DNA of 63,656 bases, the filler included, from Choristocarpus tenellus KU-1152 (taxonomy: Eukaryota > Protista > Phaeophyceae): the NCBI GenBank assembly GCA_964200185.2. It is 11 parts of 11 records of this genome, joined end to end, with 100 filler letters (N's around TTAATTAATTAA, not from the genome) between each part and the next. Parts side by side here need not be neighbours in the genome. Positions count along the whole stretch, not along the records: positions 36,016 to 39,620 come from CAXNAD020018998.1; positions 39,721 to 47,030 come from CAXNAD020006358.1; positions 47,131 to 49,833 come from CAXNAD020025491.1; positions 49,934 to 53,135 come from CAXNAD020021581.1; 7 more parts are not named here. One strand, 5' to 3'. The position numbers and the translations under genes are program-made. Positions 37,628 through 49,993 of this stretch are shown one piece after another. Numbering within the stretch: the first letter of the stretch is position 1; each line of letters begins with the position of its first letter. Below the pieces are notes generated by a model that did not search any database, was not told where the DNA came from, and saw only the letters and a program-made list of their open reading frames with translations.

Positions 37628-40229
37628 CTTCAACGAAGGGAAAGGTTAAGGCTGTTGCACATTTACTAATTCAAGATTCCTTGGGCATATTTGACAATGC
37701 ACTTTGGCGTATCTTCCTCAGTAAGACATGTGCACCTGGTTGTTGTGTGCACTTGTTGCAGCATTAGCATTCCATCAACATTCCTTGAACAATAGAGGTG
37801 TGCAGTACTCATCTTGCCATGACCTACTGTGTTGGACATGATGATGTACTTCAAAATGTCAAGAATCTTGTACTAAGTTAACACCATTTAATTAGTAATG
37901 AAATATCGTGAATAGATCCCAAATAATGCCACTAAACCACACGAAGTTTGTGTATATTTATGTACACTATATAGTAAGTAGACTGAAGATACAATGGGAG
38001 GAACACGACATATAGACAAATAACTCTTACTTCAGGTGTTAGTCCACTACAGAGGCATATTATACTCCCCAAACACGCTAAACTGTGATGTAGATTTGTT
38101 GGACATTGCAAGACCAACAAAACTCCTGTACCTTGCTCTGAGGTGGTGTTCATGTGCATCACATCAACATTTTGAGAAAATAACATATCACAGTTGTTAG
38201 TGGTGATGGAGATTCCGACATGTATGACTTGTGGGAGTCGATAGACAAGCATGTGCCTAAGAACATTACCTTACAAGGTTAATGACCACAACAAATAACC
38301 CCTGGTGTCAGCTATGTGCAATCTACAGAAACAAGGATTTCACTACTAATTTTTATAATGACTTCCAATTGTATTTGGAAGGTTTCAACCCTGCAAGAGT
38401 GCTATTTAGTGGGAGATGTATGATGTGGATGTATATCTGTCACAAGGTGACAAGAGGTGAACTTGATCAAAATTGGTTGCAGCACCCAAGAAATGTAGTA
38501 CTTCAATTACACTGAATTTACCGCTGGTACAGTGTTGTGAACAAACAAGTGTCTTAGGAGAACTTTGAGAAACACTAATGAATTATTGGCATTTGCAGTG
38601 TATCCCCTTGAGAGGAAACTGACAGCTGTACCTTTACACCAGTTGGAGAATTTTCGGCATTATTACTTTCCTCCAGGGTTTTTGATGTTCCTTCCACCTA
38701 TTATTTCAAGTGTAAGCTATTTGCAAATATAGGCATACACCCTTCAGCAACTTGCCACATACTGCATCTCAAACATTTCACACAACAGCATGGATACATA
38801 GGCGCACAAGTGCACTGAAATTGTGCCACCTTGTCCCCTACTTCTGTTGGCTATCTAGTGAGGTAGAGTACCACACAAACATTTTAAGGAAAAGCAAATA
38901 GCCTACTCATACTATTGGGCATCATGCCATATACTATATTATCTACCCAGCAGGGACAAGCCTGCATCTGACGACCCTGGCCATGTTGGATCTATGCTTT
39001 TTATTTCCATGCATACCCCACCAGGCACAGGTGAAGCACCGATCACACATAAGGCTGCAAACAGCAGAGAATATGCATGGCAGGACTGTAGAGGATGTGC
39101 CTGGTAAAGTCTTGTGTTTAAGAGGTTGGCCAGCAGGCGTGCAGGTCTTAATCAAGGCTCTTAATGCTCCTATTCAGCAACCTTGTCACTGAGATTCCAA
39201 TGAGAGCTAGAATATTCTCACCTTGTTCTGGCATAAGAAATCCTATTTGATGCCTTGACAAATCATGACATGAGGGACACGATTGTATCATGACAAAACA
39301 TACATGATATGTGCTACCATCAACACTTAAAAGTATGGTGTGTATCATAACCACCCCATATGGCCACACCCCCAAAAGACTGAAAAAATATCCCACAATT
39401 TCATCCTTACTACCTCCTCATATGATTTTTTGAACACAAAAAAACTTCATTTCTCACTGGTACTACAGTTGAATAATTTGCGACATATCCTAGGCAGCCA
39501 CGGGATACTGACGGTACCCAGATGTGACACTGACATCCCTCACCGACTCTTGGCCATTGGAGGAGGTGGTGGCATGTTCTTTAGTGGCGGGGGGGGGGGG
39601 GGGCACCCTTAGGGAGGGGGNNNNNNNNNNNNNNNNNNNNNNNNNNNNNNNNNNNNNNNNNNNNTTAATTAATTAANNNNNNNNNNNNNNNNNNNNNNNN
39701 NNNNNNNNNNNNNNNNNNNNGTACTGTACTGCTGTATGGTAGCATGACCCAGGAAGAAGGGCACTTTTCGCGAGATTTTTTACGCGCGCGCCAACCTCGC
39801 GTGAATATCTCCGGGATTTTGTGCCAAATCGTCCGAATATGAGAATTCCGGTACAAAATCCATTTTTTTAGCATGTCGAAAAAAAGTAATACAAAATTGA
39901 ATATTTTTCGATTTGGTTTATAATATTTGACCCCAAAATAGGGTCACCTACTGTACCCCAAAATAAAAAATAGCAATAATATAAATTTTGGTATGAATTT
40001 CCCCGATATAGAATAATTTTCCTTTCATTTCATCATCATTTGGATCTTGGGATTTGATTGAAGGAATTGAAGAAATATTCAACAATGAATGAAAATATCA
40101 GTCAGAGTTCAGAGCACAAGTTGGATACAACATGCCCTTGTAATCCTGGTGCTGTATAGACATTGCTAGTACGTTTTAGGCTATTGTCTATGCTGTACAT
40201 TGGTGGTGGGAACAAGGAAGGAGGGAGGT

Positions 40230-41680
40230 ACGTGTGTCATTCGGGTTACATCCTGCTGCCTCATCGAAACCTTTCAATTTCGCAGTCAATCCATAGGTTG
40301 GAGTTAGGGAAACATTCCCCGGCAGGATAGCAGGGCTATCACAGAGCACTACTAAGCCAAGAAATCTCCATGTAATAGCTTCGACTTGTTTTGAAGAAAT
40401 TCTGTCGTAAGGTTGGAAGAAAGTTCCACTTGTGCCACCTGCACGGCTCGTGGGTTGGTCAAGGCCAGCTCTGGCACTAGTTTCACCAGAGTCTACTAGT
40501 CCTGCAGTAGGAGTACATCAACTCCAGGGGAGAGCATCACAGTTGAGTAGGTTGTGCGGTATCGATTCACTGTTATCGAGACTAGATAGTTGTACAGTTT
40601 TCCCCTTCCTTGCTGCTCTGCTATCATTCATGCCTTGAAAGATCGCCTTCGATCATTTCGACTCATCCCACAGTGCGTTGCACCCCCCACAGTCCATGTT
40701 CTTGACCTATTGTGACCTAAGAACTAACGAACTCAAGGCTTACTCTTGAAAGTCATTTTCTCGTTATTTGTGGTGCATTCGTTATCCTTCTCCTGTCCCT
40801 GGGTGAATTCCTTGCTGCGACCTCACACACCGGTAATTCCGTCCAAAGTAGGGTTGCTGTCTCACGTCATCACTTCTAATCCCTACTGCCCTCTCCCGCC
40901 ATCGACACCATGTGTTTGTCACACGTGCCTTCCCGGAAAGGAGATTATGGCGACTCCCAAGTGGGGCACACAGAATGGGATTCATGCCATGCGACGAAGT
41001 TTAATCGTTGCATGAAGAAGGAAAAATGGAAGACATAGCGATGGTGGGTCAACCTCTTTCCAGCCAGTCTGTGGCATGAAGGGGGAGAAGTGCTGTAATA
41101 CTCATTGAGTGATACCTTTCAACTCCCCTTCCAAACAAAAGTCCCAGTTGCTTTGCACTATGAGATGTTGGACACTCTGTGGCGAGGTTTCGGTTCTTCC
41201 ACCCGCCTAGAGCTACAGCTGGTGATCGACCTACTTTCCTAACCATTCCAGACACCCAGTCTCGTCCCCGTTTTCCCCGATATATCTGTTGTACATGTGC
41301 CCATTGCGGCCAATAGGTCAGGTGCAGCGGCCAGGCCTTGCTGCATCATGTCCTCCCGTAATGGAATGGAATACACTTTTTGGTTGAAGAACAAGCTGGA
41401 CTCAAATTCCCACAAACATGGATTGGGGTGATAGAGCCATTTGGGGGTGATGACAATCACTCCGAAAAGGGGACACATCTTCGTCTCCGACGGGATTGTC
41501 ATCGTCCTCAACGGGGTCGTCGTCTCTTTCACCAACGGGACCGTTTTCTTCCTCCCTCCCATCAATTCCGCACTCCTTCCGAAGCCAAGGCTAACCCGAA
41601 GCACACTTCGCTAAAGAGACGGAAGAAAGCGCATCGAGAGGAGAGCATGGCGGAAGAAAGGCAGCAGGTGCGAAATTGAT
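40230..41680 (+). mobile_element. Possible heavily decayed RLE-type non-LTR retrotransposon
   Basis: GC-richer coding-like stretch with many stops. In order it gives CGMKGEKCCNTH (zinc-knuckle-like), RLELQLVIDLL and PDISVVHVPIAANRSGAAAR (resembles the D-x-T/S-V..P.A..AA block of restriction-like endonucleases). The similarity is weak and judged by eye. Confidence 0.3.
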
Positions 41681-44600
41681 AGAGGGCTAGAGAAGAGTAG
41701 GGGTTATGACGAAGACTGAAGATTGATTCATTGAGAGGGCAGTGGTGGAGTGGGGCATGAGGAAGCTTCAGGCAAGCTTACTTCAGTGATGGAACTTGTG
41801 CCTTTTGAAGTACATAATTGCTGCTCTACAACGAGGTGGAAGATGTCCATACAAAATCTAAAAAGATACCTGCAGAGGTGTTCTTCCTCCTGGCATGGAT
41901 ATATATATACATACATACACAAATTTTCTATGTGAAATCAATAGTAGATGAGCAGAGGTGTTCTCCCTTTGACCTAATCCATCATATTGAAAAACTTTGA
42001 TTTCTTAAGAGTGGGAAAATATTGTAATGGGATGTCTTGTTCTTCCTCCAGAACAACTCCTTGTATCCAATCCCCTTTCTTCTTTGCTGGGATGCAGCCT
42101 CTTTTTGACCATAATGAAATTTCTGGTGTTAACAGAGGGAGTGATTGATTCTTATCAAAGAGGATCGTCTGCTTCTTGTTCCCCAATTTGTTTTCTTTCG
42201 TTTTTGTGGTATTGTTGTACAAGGTATGGTTTACAAGTTATTGCTTACCACCATCCCACCCTGTCCTGACTTCTTTTGCTTCGACTATTGTTGTGCAAAA
42301 CTAGAATAATCATGCCTTCCAAATTTGGTATGAGTTGACTGCGTGCAAGTATATTTTTGTCTGTAGATGTTCTCTTTGTCCCTCTAAACGGATATACACA
42401 CATTTGTGTACTTGGATATCTATACGTATCATCATCTATCTCGATCTATAGCTCTTGTATTGTCCGTATCTATGTACTATATGTATATATTTGCACTCTA
42501 TATGATATTTTTGTTTTATTAATACTTAACGGGTATGCATGATCCATAATCTATAATATACCTAGTATCTATCAATATCAATAAAGTTGTGCATATTATC
42601 ATGGTTTCCAATGGGACATAGGAGAGGCTACCATCCTTGTGTTGGTAAGCATCCTACCATGACTTGTGATGTATTTATTGTCCTTGAGACCATACTTAGG
42701 ATTGGCCCCATGCCTTGGTACCTATATATATATATATATGTATGTATGATATTGTTGTCTACTTGTTGAATTGGGTAAGGTCTGTGAGTGTGATTCGTTA
42801 GGATGTACAAATGGGTGACCGAGGTTGTGATATAATCCCAATTATGAACTATCTGTGCCGCTTACACTTCTGGGTACTTGAATGTTCTTACTCTACAGTC
42901 TACTGGTTATACCCAATGATTAAAAGCAGCATGAAATCGATGAACAAACGAATGAACGAATGGGTGAATAGATACATGAATGGCACCTTCAAATTCGAGG
43001 GTCAATCCTTCCGCCCTTCTATGCTTTACTTTCTTCTCAAAACCGTTTTGTTGGCCACTCCGTTACGGACAGTAGGCAATTGTGATGAGAACACATCGTA
43101 CAAAGTACCTTGTATCACATCCAGTGTTGGGGAGGACACAAAAAAGCAAGACTCCATTCAGTTTCCGATCTTTAGTCGTGCATTGAGCCATTAAGTCGAG
43201 TTATCTGAGAGAGGTGTGTCACCAAGTTTCTAGAAAGGGTCCCTCTCACTCTCTGTTGGCAACTGTTTCTTGTTTTATTTTTCGGAACAACCAGTACAGG
43301 TTGTCGGCCGTGTGAAGTGCATTTTGTACTCTTATGTTACTGTTAAGATGTGAATACGCTCAGTATTGCAGAGGTGTGTGTTTGTCCTCTTATTGGCACC
43401 ACCTTTGAAAAATATGTTATATTCTCCTTGAAAACAAAAGTTTAGAAAAAAGACACTGTTTAGATCTCGGAACGGCCAAAGTGATGTGCGTTGACAAGGT
43501 CAAAGGGAAGTTGTACCGAAAATCAAATGGGCGTTCTTGTCTTTCATATGTGATTTTTTTTTTTGGTGTATTTGAAGACCGAGAAAGTTGAGCTAGTCGA
43601 ACGACTTGTTGAGTATGGGAACGGTTCTATCTTTGTGTAGGTAGATTTTCTCCCTGATGCTAAAGGTAAAAATCAGATTGCAAATTTGACCTATATGTAA
43701 AAATTATGAGGAATGGTTACACTTTATGCCTGTAGTGATTTTCGGGGATGTTAGTGTCCTGTACTAGTGAAAGAGGCGATCTTCTAATTAAGCAAGCAGA
43801 GAGTAAACTGTTATTCCAATACCATTTTCAAGCACATAGATGATTTTTTGTTGACTTGGTGCAGTGTGTGTCAAGAACCTTGTAGCAATTTGGATATGCA
43901 GTAGTGACAGATCAGGTAGTTCTCACAGACAAATATCTATTGCATATATGCTCTGACTGCGTATATATCCCTTGAAAGCTGTTATATTCTTTTAAAGTCA
44001 AACCCGGCCAATTAACAACAAAACTGGTAGAAATTGAAAAGAAAGCCTCAGTTTATGTTTCTTGACACAGCAACATAAGAACTGTTGATTTTCTTACAAT
44101 ATTTTGTTGCTACACCATCTCACCAGCTCATCAACATATGGAGTGTCAACCACATATAGTGTTTTGTGCCATTGCCTGGTCTTATCCCTCATAGGAAGAG
44201 GAGTTTCCCCCAACACACACTTACGGACTGTTACTACTGTGCTGTTCAGTCATGAATGTTGTATTCGCTTCAGGATGTCTGCTCCTCGACCACATGTTCA
44301 CAAAATTTTGCCTCTTCAACTTGCATGTATATATATATCTGTACCAAGAAGAGCACCTCTTCAGATCTCATTTGGATTTCACGTGAACAACAAATATATG
44401 CATACCAAGAATCAGAATTTCTTTTTCTTTCCCCCCGAGTGGTTAACGGCAAGGCTACCCCTCTGCAGATATATATATATATACAATTTCACATATAACA
44501 TATGTAAACACATTAATTTTTTATCGTTCTTCCTCCCTCGGCGGTTAAACGGTAAGGAAAATATCTCTGCAGATCTCTTTTAGAATGTCATATGAATATA

Positions 44601-46257
44601 CATGGAATACTAAGAATAGTACTTCTCTTCTTCCTCCCCTGGTGGTCAAACATAAGGAGAACACCCCTACAGATCAATTTTAAGTTCACATGAAACAAGA
44701 AAAAAATCACACATAAATGCGAATCCAAAGAATATGATTCTCCAACTGTCTTCCATATTCTCCCACACACTCTCACACAAACACTTTGTATGCCGTTAGT
44801 ACAAACTCCATAATACCTGCTGAATTGCCACACTCCACTTCTTTACTTCTTCACCACCTGACGAGCAGCATCATGGTCAGAAGAAGAGACTGAATTCAAC
44901 AGTGATGCTTGAGCCACAGAGATAGAAGAACCGGTGGAAGAATCAGCTCCTGCATCTGCACATGCTTTTCTTGACAGAGCACCGACTTCTTTGCCAGTGG
45001 TATATATAAGAAATATATATATACAAAACACTGTGATAATAGTAAGAAGAAGAATATGCTGTCATCATTGTTTTGCTAACTCTATTTTTTGTTTTTGCAC
45101 TCATCATGTATCAAGAGAGGGGAAGGCACTGGCTCTGCGCGGCAAGAACCACAATACCCAAGTGGAGTTCATAACATTTATGAAAATATTAGTGAGGAAA
45201 TCATGCTCCCCCCCCCCGTCCCCTTGACCATACCCAAACACTTCAAAATTTAAAGAATGGATGTTACGGCTATCCATGTCTTGTTTTTCATTTTTTTCCT
45301 GTGGTGGATTGTTGTGGGGTATGTGAAATGTCGAGCTTGTCGTACTGTCTGTGCCCCCTCCTCCCCTGCCCCCCTTTATTGATAATTGTTTGATTTTCAA
45401 ATTCTTGTATTTCGTTATCATTGATAGCATTATATTCTTATTGCAATCTTGTTATGATGATACACGCACACATACACACACTCCCACTTGCCCTTTAGAA
45501 TATATATATTATTTTTTCTCCTTTTTCTCGGCCGTGAAGGGGTCCAGACATGCGAGAGATCCTGTTGTTGAGGTACGGCGTCTCCACGGAACAGCTGGTA
45601 CAACTCTTCGGCGCCAACGAGGGACCGGTGGATGGACCAGGACCAGCAAGGCTGGTTGGATGCGAACTTGTTTTACGAGGTTTATTCAACCTTTGAGCTT
45701 TTCTTGAGAAACCTAGTTTATCAGGGCAAACCATCAACTCATTCAAATTCAAAATTTCTATGCCAATTCAACTGACTCTTCAATCAAAGGCGTTGGCAAA
45801 GTGGTATGGCATGACTAATACCTCATGAAATTTTATCGTTATAACGGTATGATGATGCCCGTACTATATACTGTCGGCTATTTCTTCTTGCCTCCAGATA
45901 TTCATAGTGTACACTTCGATGTATAAACCGGCTTATCTGGGATATGGGAGATCCGTTTCTTTTAATATTTATTGTAAGGTTTTTTCTCATACTATATTAC
46001 TATTTTGTATTTTTTTACCACACTTGCATACAAACGTTTCATCGTGTATCTGATGTCATACTAATAGTAGTATATATAGCAAAAGGGATATAGGATGCCG
46101 TGTACCTCAGTCAGTAGTACAGTGCTATTGGTGACACTGGACACAACATCCATGGATGTGACAATGAAAAATGACTACATGATGCCTTGTGCAATCCTTT
46201 CCTATAATACTACGACCATATTATGTATAGTAAAGTTTGGGTTATGAAGTACATATT

Positions 46258-46369
46258 TATTATTATGCCCTCTGACATTTTGCAGATGTGTCAGGGGGAA
46301 ACCAATGAAAACTATATACATATGTGTATATAAAATGTCCTAAACATAAGAATACTATAAGACAATGCG
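46258..46369 (-). mobile_element. 112-bp 3'-end-only retroposed copy of the RLE-type LINE with a 13-bp TSD
   Basis: tattattatgccctctgacattttgcagatgtgtcaggggg... is flanked by tgaagtacatatt at 46245-46257 and 46370-46382. Confidence 0.85.
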
Positions 46370-47249
46370 TGAAGTACATATTGTTTACTAAACAATGCTT
46401 GTATGGTGAAGAATAGAAAATAGTCTCACAGTTTTAGGAAATATACATATTGTAATATGAAGAAATATATACTAAGTTGTTCATATATATTGCATACTGT
46501 TAAATAGATGTATTTATATACTCCAACAAATGATAATACACATACGCATTATACCTTCAGGTAGGTGTATACAGGCACAATCACACATGCCTAGTAAGTA
46601 GTAAATTGTAAGAAGTTGTCACTTGTGATCTCAACTATCTAATCCTACATGCTCTATGCCAACAAATTGATTTTCTTTTTTTTTTTTTATTGGTATTAGG
46701 GTTAGGGATTTATTGAGTGTAGTTGAAAATTGCGAAAACTCAATAGCTACAAATGATATCCTTATATTGTCACGATGAAACGGGCAACCTAAAAATGGAG
46801 GGGGGATTTTTGATTGGTTATTTTTCGCATACTTAGAACTTCCTTTTGAGGCACACTCATCATATATGATCAAAACATATACTTTCACCGATTTGAGTTT
46901 AACAATACTCACAAATGGTTTTGATTTACACTACCCGTAAGGCGTAATGTTGTTAGTTGAATGTTGGTATAGTAGTGTGTGTGAAATGAGTTGTGGAGGG
47001 GGTCGGGATATTGTAGGTAGTCTCATATACNNNNNNNNNNNNNNNNNNNNNNNNNNNNNNNNNNNNNNNNNNNNTTAATTAATTAANNNNNNNNNNNNNN
47101 NNNNNNNNNNNNNNNNNNNNNNNNNNNNNNCAGTGGTGTCTGCGATTCTTAATCTACTCCACCGATGGTGTCTATAGTGTACTGGCAGCACTATCTACGA
47201 ACGATTGACTCGTGTGTTAACACTATGAAAGAGCAAGACATCAATATAA

Positions 47250-48205
47250 TACATGCCAGCCCTTGAGAGTAGTCCTATTACCATTATAGCCAAATCTAAT
47301 GGGCCTCCACTTTTTTGTGTAGACTACCACTTGACGGTTAACTAACATCTTGTTCAACAGACGTGGCCTATGCCTGATGTGGAGTCTCATATTGATACCG
47401 TGGATATACAGAGTTCGTATTGGCAAATTCCAGTTGCTGAAGCGGAATTGATATTGATAAGGTTGCTTTTGTAACTTCCAGAGCCAAATACTTCGATGAT
47501 GCTGTTTGGGATATTAAATGATCCCTGGTAATGTCAAAGAATCGTGTAGTTAGCCTTTGCCAACTTTGGCCCACTTAGTGGTTTGCTCGCGATTTACATG
47601 GATGATTTCATTGCTTGTTCTCCCACATGGGAAGGACATTTGCACTCACTAGAGTAGCAATTCAAAGTTTTGCAAGCACCTGGTTAACTTTGAACCGTCA
47701 AATATCCAAATTTGGACCTAAGGAAGCCCATTATCTGGGTCAGACCTAAAATATATGAGGGAGGGCGGGGTCTACACCAGAGTGTCCATTTGGACCAAAA
47801 CCAGGAAAAGTGCACTTTTATTATCCATTCAACGTATGGAACCAGATCACTCAAAAATCACGACATGAAAAAAATGGCCTCAAATGGACAGCCGCCACCC
47901 CCCCAAGATACTTTGAGCCTCGCATTTTGTGGTCCGAAGGGATTCGTTCCGTGAATTACCTAAATCCACCACGATAGAAGAATTTCGATCTGTCCTAGGT
48001 GTATGATAATTTTTTTGCGTAAATTTATACCCAACCTAGCCACAGCCATCGAATCGTTGATTTGTCTTACTAAGGAAGGTGTCAGTAAGAACATTGCTAA
48101 AGAATAGGGATTGAACCAGGATGTGGCACTTTTCAAAGTGAAACAACTACTCACTGCAGCCCCGTTCCTCGTATTTCCTGACCTTATCTAAGAGTTCATC
48201 GATCA
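47250..48205 (+). mobile_element. Degenerate Ty3/Gypsy LTR-retrotransposon pol fragment (RT and RT-RNaseH linker)
   Basis: SPITIIAKSNGPPLFCVDY, WPMPDVESHID, DIQSSYWQIPV, DKVAFVT, IYMDDFIACSPTWEGHLHSLE (YxDD at ~47595), KFGPKEAHYLG[MITE]HIL, FLRKFIPNLATAIESL and KQLLTAAPFLVFPDL, with stops and frameshifts. Confidence 0.88.
47743..47919 (+). mobile_element. Complete 177-bp MITE inserted in the Gypsy RT, 3-bp TSD (tca/tcg)
   Basis: Left end gacctaaaatatatgagggagggcgggg..gtgtccatttgg; right end caaatggacagccgccaccccccca-agatactttgagcc. Removing the element and one 3-bp copy restores TAT CTG GGT CAC ATT TTG (YLGHIL). Confidence 0.85.
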
Positions 48206-49762
48206 TCCTCTAACGTTATCTATCGCCTTTGTCTTTGTGTCTTTGGACTCTCTTGTGACCTTCATAATATAGTAGAACACATCCCACAATGCTGTGAAAT
48301 GATTGCAGTCTATCGCGCAGTAAATGGATCGGATAATCAATATAATTCTCATCCCACATAGTGTTGACTTGAGAATTCCTATTTGCTGATACCATATTCC
48401 TTTGTATAACCTGTATATATTAATTCCGTAATACCATAACCTATCATCTAAGTAAAGAGATTATTGGATGAATGTCTGGTACAGATCCTTGCAATCGTTT
48501 TGATGACTCATGCATTTTGGTACAGATCTCGTGTTACCCACATGTCACAATCCTTTGGTTGACCATCTAATTTAGACGAATCGTTTGTTTATCATATTGT
48601 CTTCGATGGGTATGGTATATCATTTTGCGATTGGATTAGATAACTGGTAACAGATCTTTTTTAACCTGTTCACACGACCAGCTCTGACTTGACATCTCGT
48701 GTTTTCTAGGTCTATCAATCCTTGCAAATAGATTGTACATACATGTTAGTGGATGTTAAGATAAATTAATGATACAACTAGATTACCTCTAAATTTGTTT
48801 GTTTGTTTGCATGAGTGGACACATGTGGTGATGAAGAGACCGTATCACTAGGCACATCAGCACTTTGTGTGCTAGAGGTGGCTGTTCATTGCCTCATGTC
48901 TCATTTTCATGAAATGTACTTATTGATCATGAAATGACTAACCCCAACAAAAATAAAGATTCAAGTGTACCGATACCTAAGTGATGGAGACTTCAGGTGA
49001 GTCAACGTTTATTCTTTGTTCTTGAGTGGCATGATCCCCTCAACATGATATAATGACCATACAGTCATCTCTTATCTTTTTCAGAGATGAGCCGCTTGGG
49101 ATTTTTTAGTCGTCATGAGCACTATTCCAATAATTTCATAATGTGAGGGAGGAGGGTGTGTGCACACATCATCTATTGATGATCTCGCTGTCTGCTGTGC
49201 TGATTGTTGGTCGTGTACATGCGCACTTACTTGTGTTTTCACGCATCAGAGTCTTGGTTAAAATCACCATAATACAGCCCTTGAGCAATGTCAAGATCAC
49301 AAATGTTTGTCAACATTTTTTTGACATCGTAAAGCGTTTGCTCCTCGCATCCCCATTCTTTTGAGTATCCTCTGTTTATACAATATACAAGAGACCTTTA
49401 TGTTGTCCCAAAAATACATTTCGACTCGAATTCAGGGCAACCGCATTGCTGATCCCATGCCCTCAGTCCTTGACCATGAGCTTGATGCGATACTGAGCAC
49501 GTCCGTCAACCTCGCTTGTGTTTAGGCTGACTGATATCCTGGTCCCATATGCTCAGACCTCGTAAGCTTGATTGGTATACTGACCGCGTATCATCAACAA
49601 CAGATAAGATGTTAATTAATTGCACGTTTATATATTACACTTCATTTTGTATTAGTGAACTCGTAAAAAATAATGGTGCAATAGCATATTAACAGTCACA
49701 CCTGTTTCCCATTTTACTCCCAGTTCTCACTTTTTGGTTGACCTCGAATCATGCTTACAAGA

Positions 49763-49833
49763 GGCTCAAAGTATCTGGGAGGGGGGTGGCGGCTGTCCAT
49801 TTGGGGTCAATTTTTTCATGTCGCGATTTTGGT
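49763..49833 (-). mobile_element. MITE terminus at a contig end (GGCTC-AAAGTATCT family)
   Basis: ggctcaaagtatctgggaggggggtggcggctgtccatttggggtcaattttttcatgtcgcgatttt is the reverse complement of the right end of 47743-47919. The same terminal motif occurs at 1-21, 28745-28767, 31859-31876 and 53098-53135. Confidence 0.8.
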
Positions 49834-49933
49834 NNNNNNNNNNNNNNNNNNNNNNNNNNNNNNNNNNNNNNNNNNNNTTAATTAATTAANNNNNNNNNNN
49901 NNNNNNNNNNNNNNNNNNNNNNNNNNNNNNNNN

Positions 49934-49993
49934 AGATAATGCTACTTGCGTAGTCACCGAAACAATTTGGCGTAGTCTGGATTTAACTACTAA
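49934..49993 (-). mobile_element. Fragment of the RLE-type LINE at a contig start
   Basis: ttgcgtagtcaccgaaacaatttggcgtagtctggatttaactact is nearly identical to 54583-54628. Confidence 0.7.

Noticed and set aside
37515-37670. Apparent duplication and poly-Gly/poly-Pro ORFs around a 10-N gap (also 62845-62995)
   Set aside because: Imperfect duplicates on both sides of a small gap next to G/C homopolymers are typical scaffolding or sequencing artefacts.
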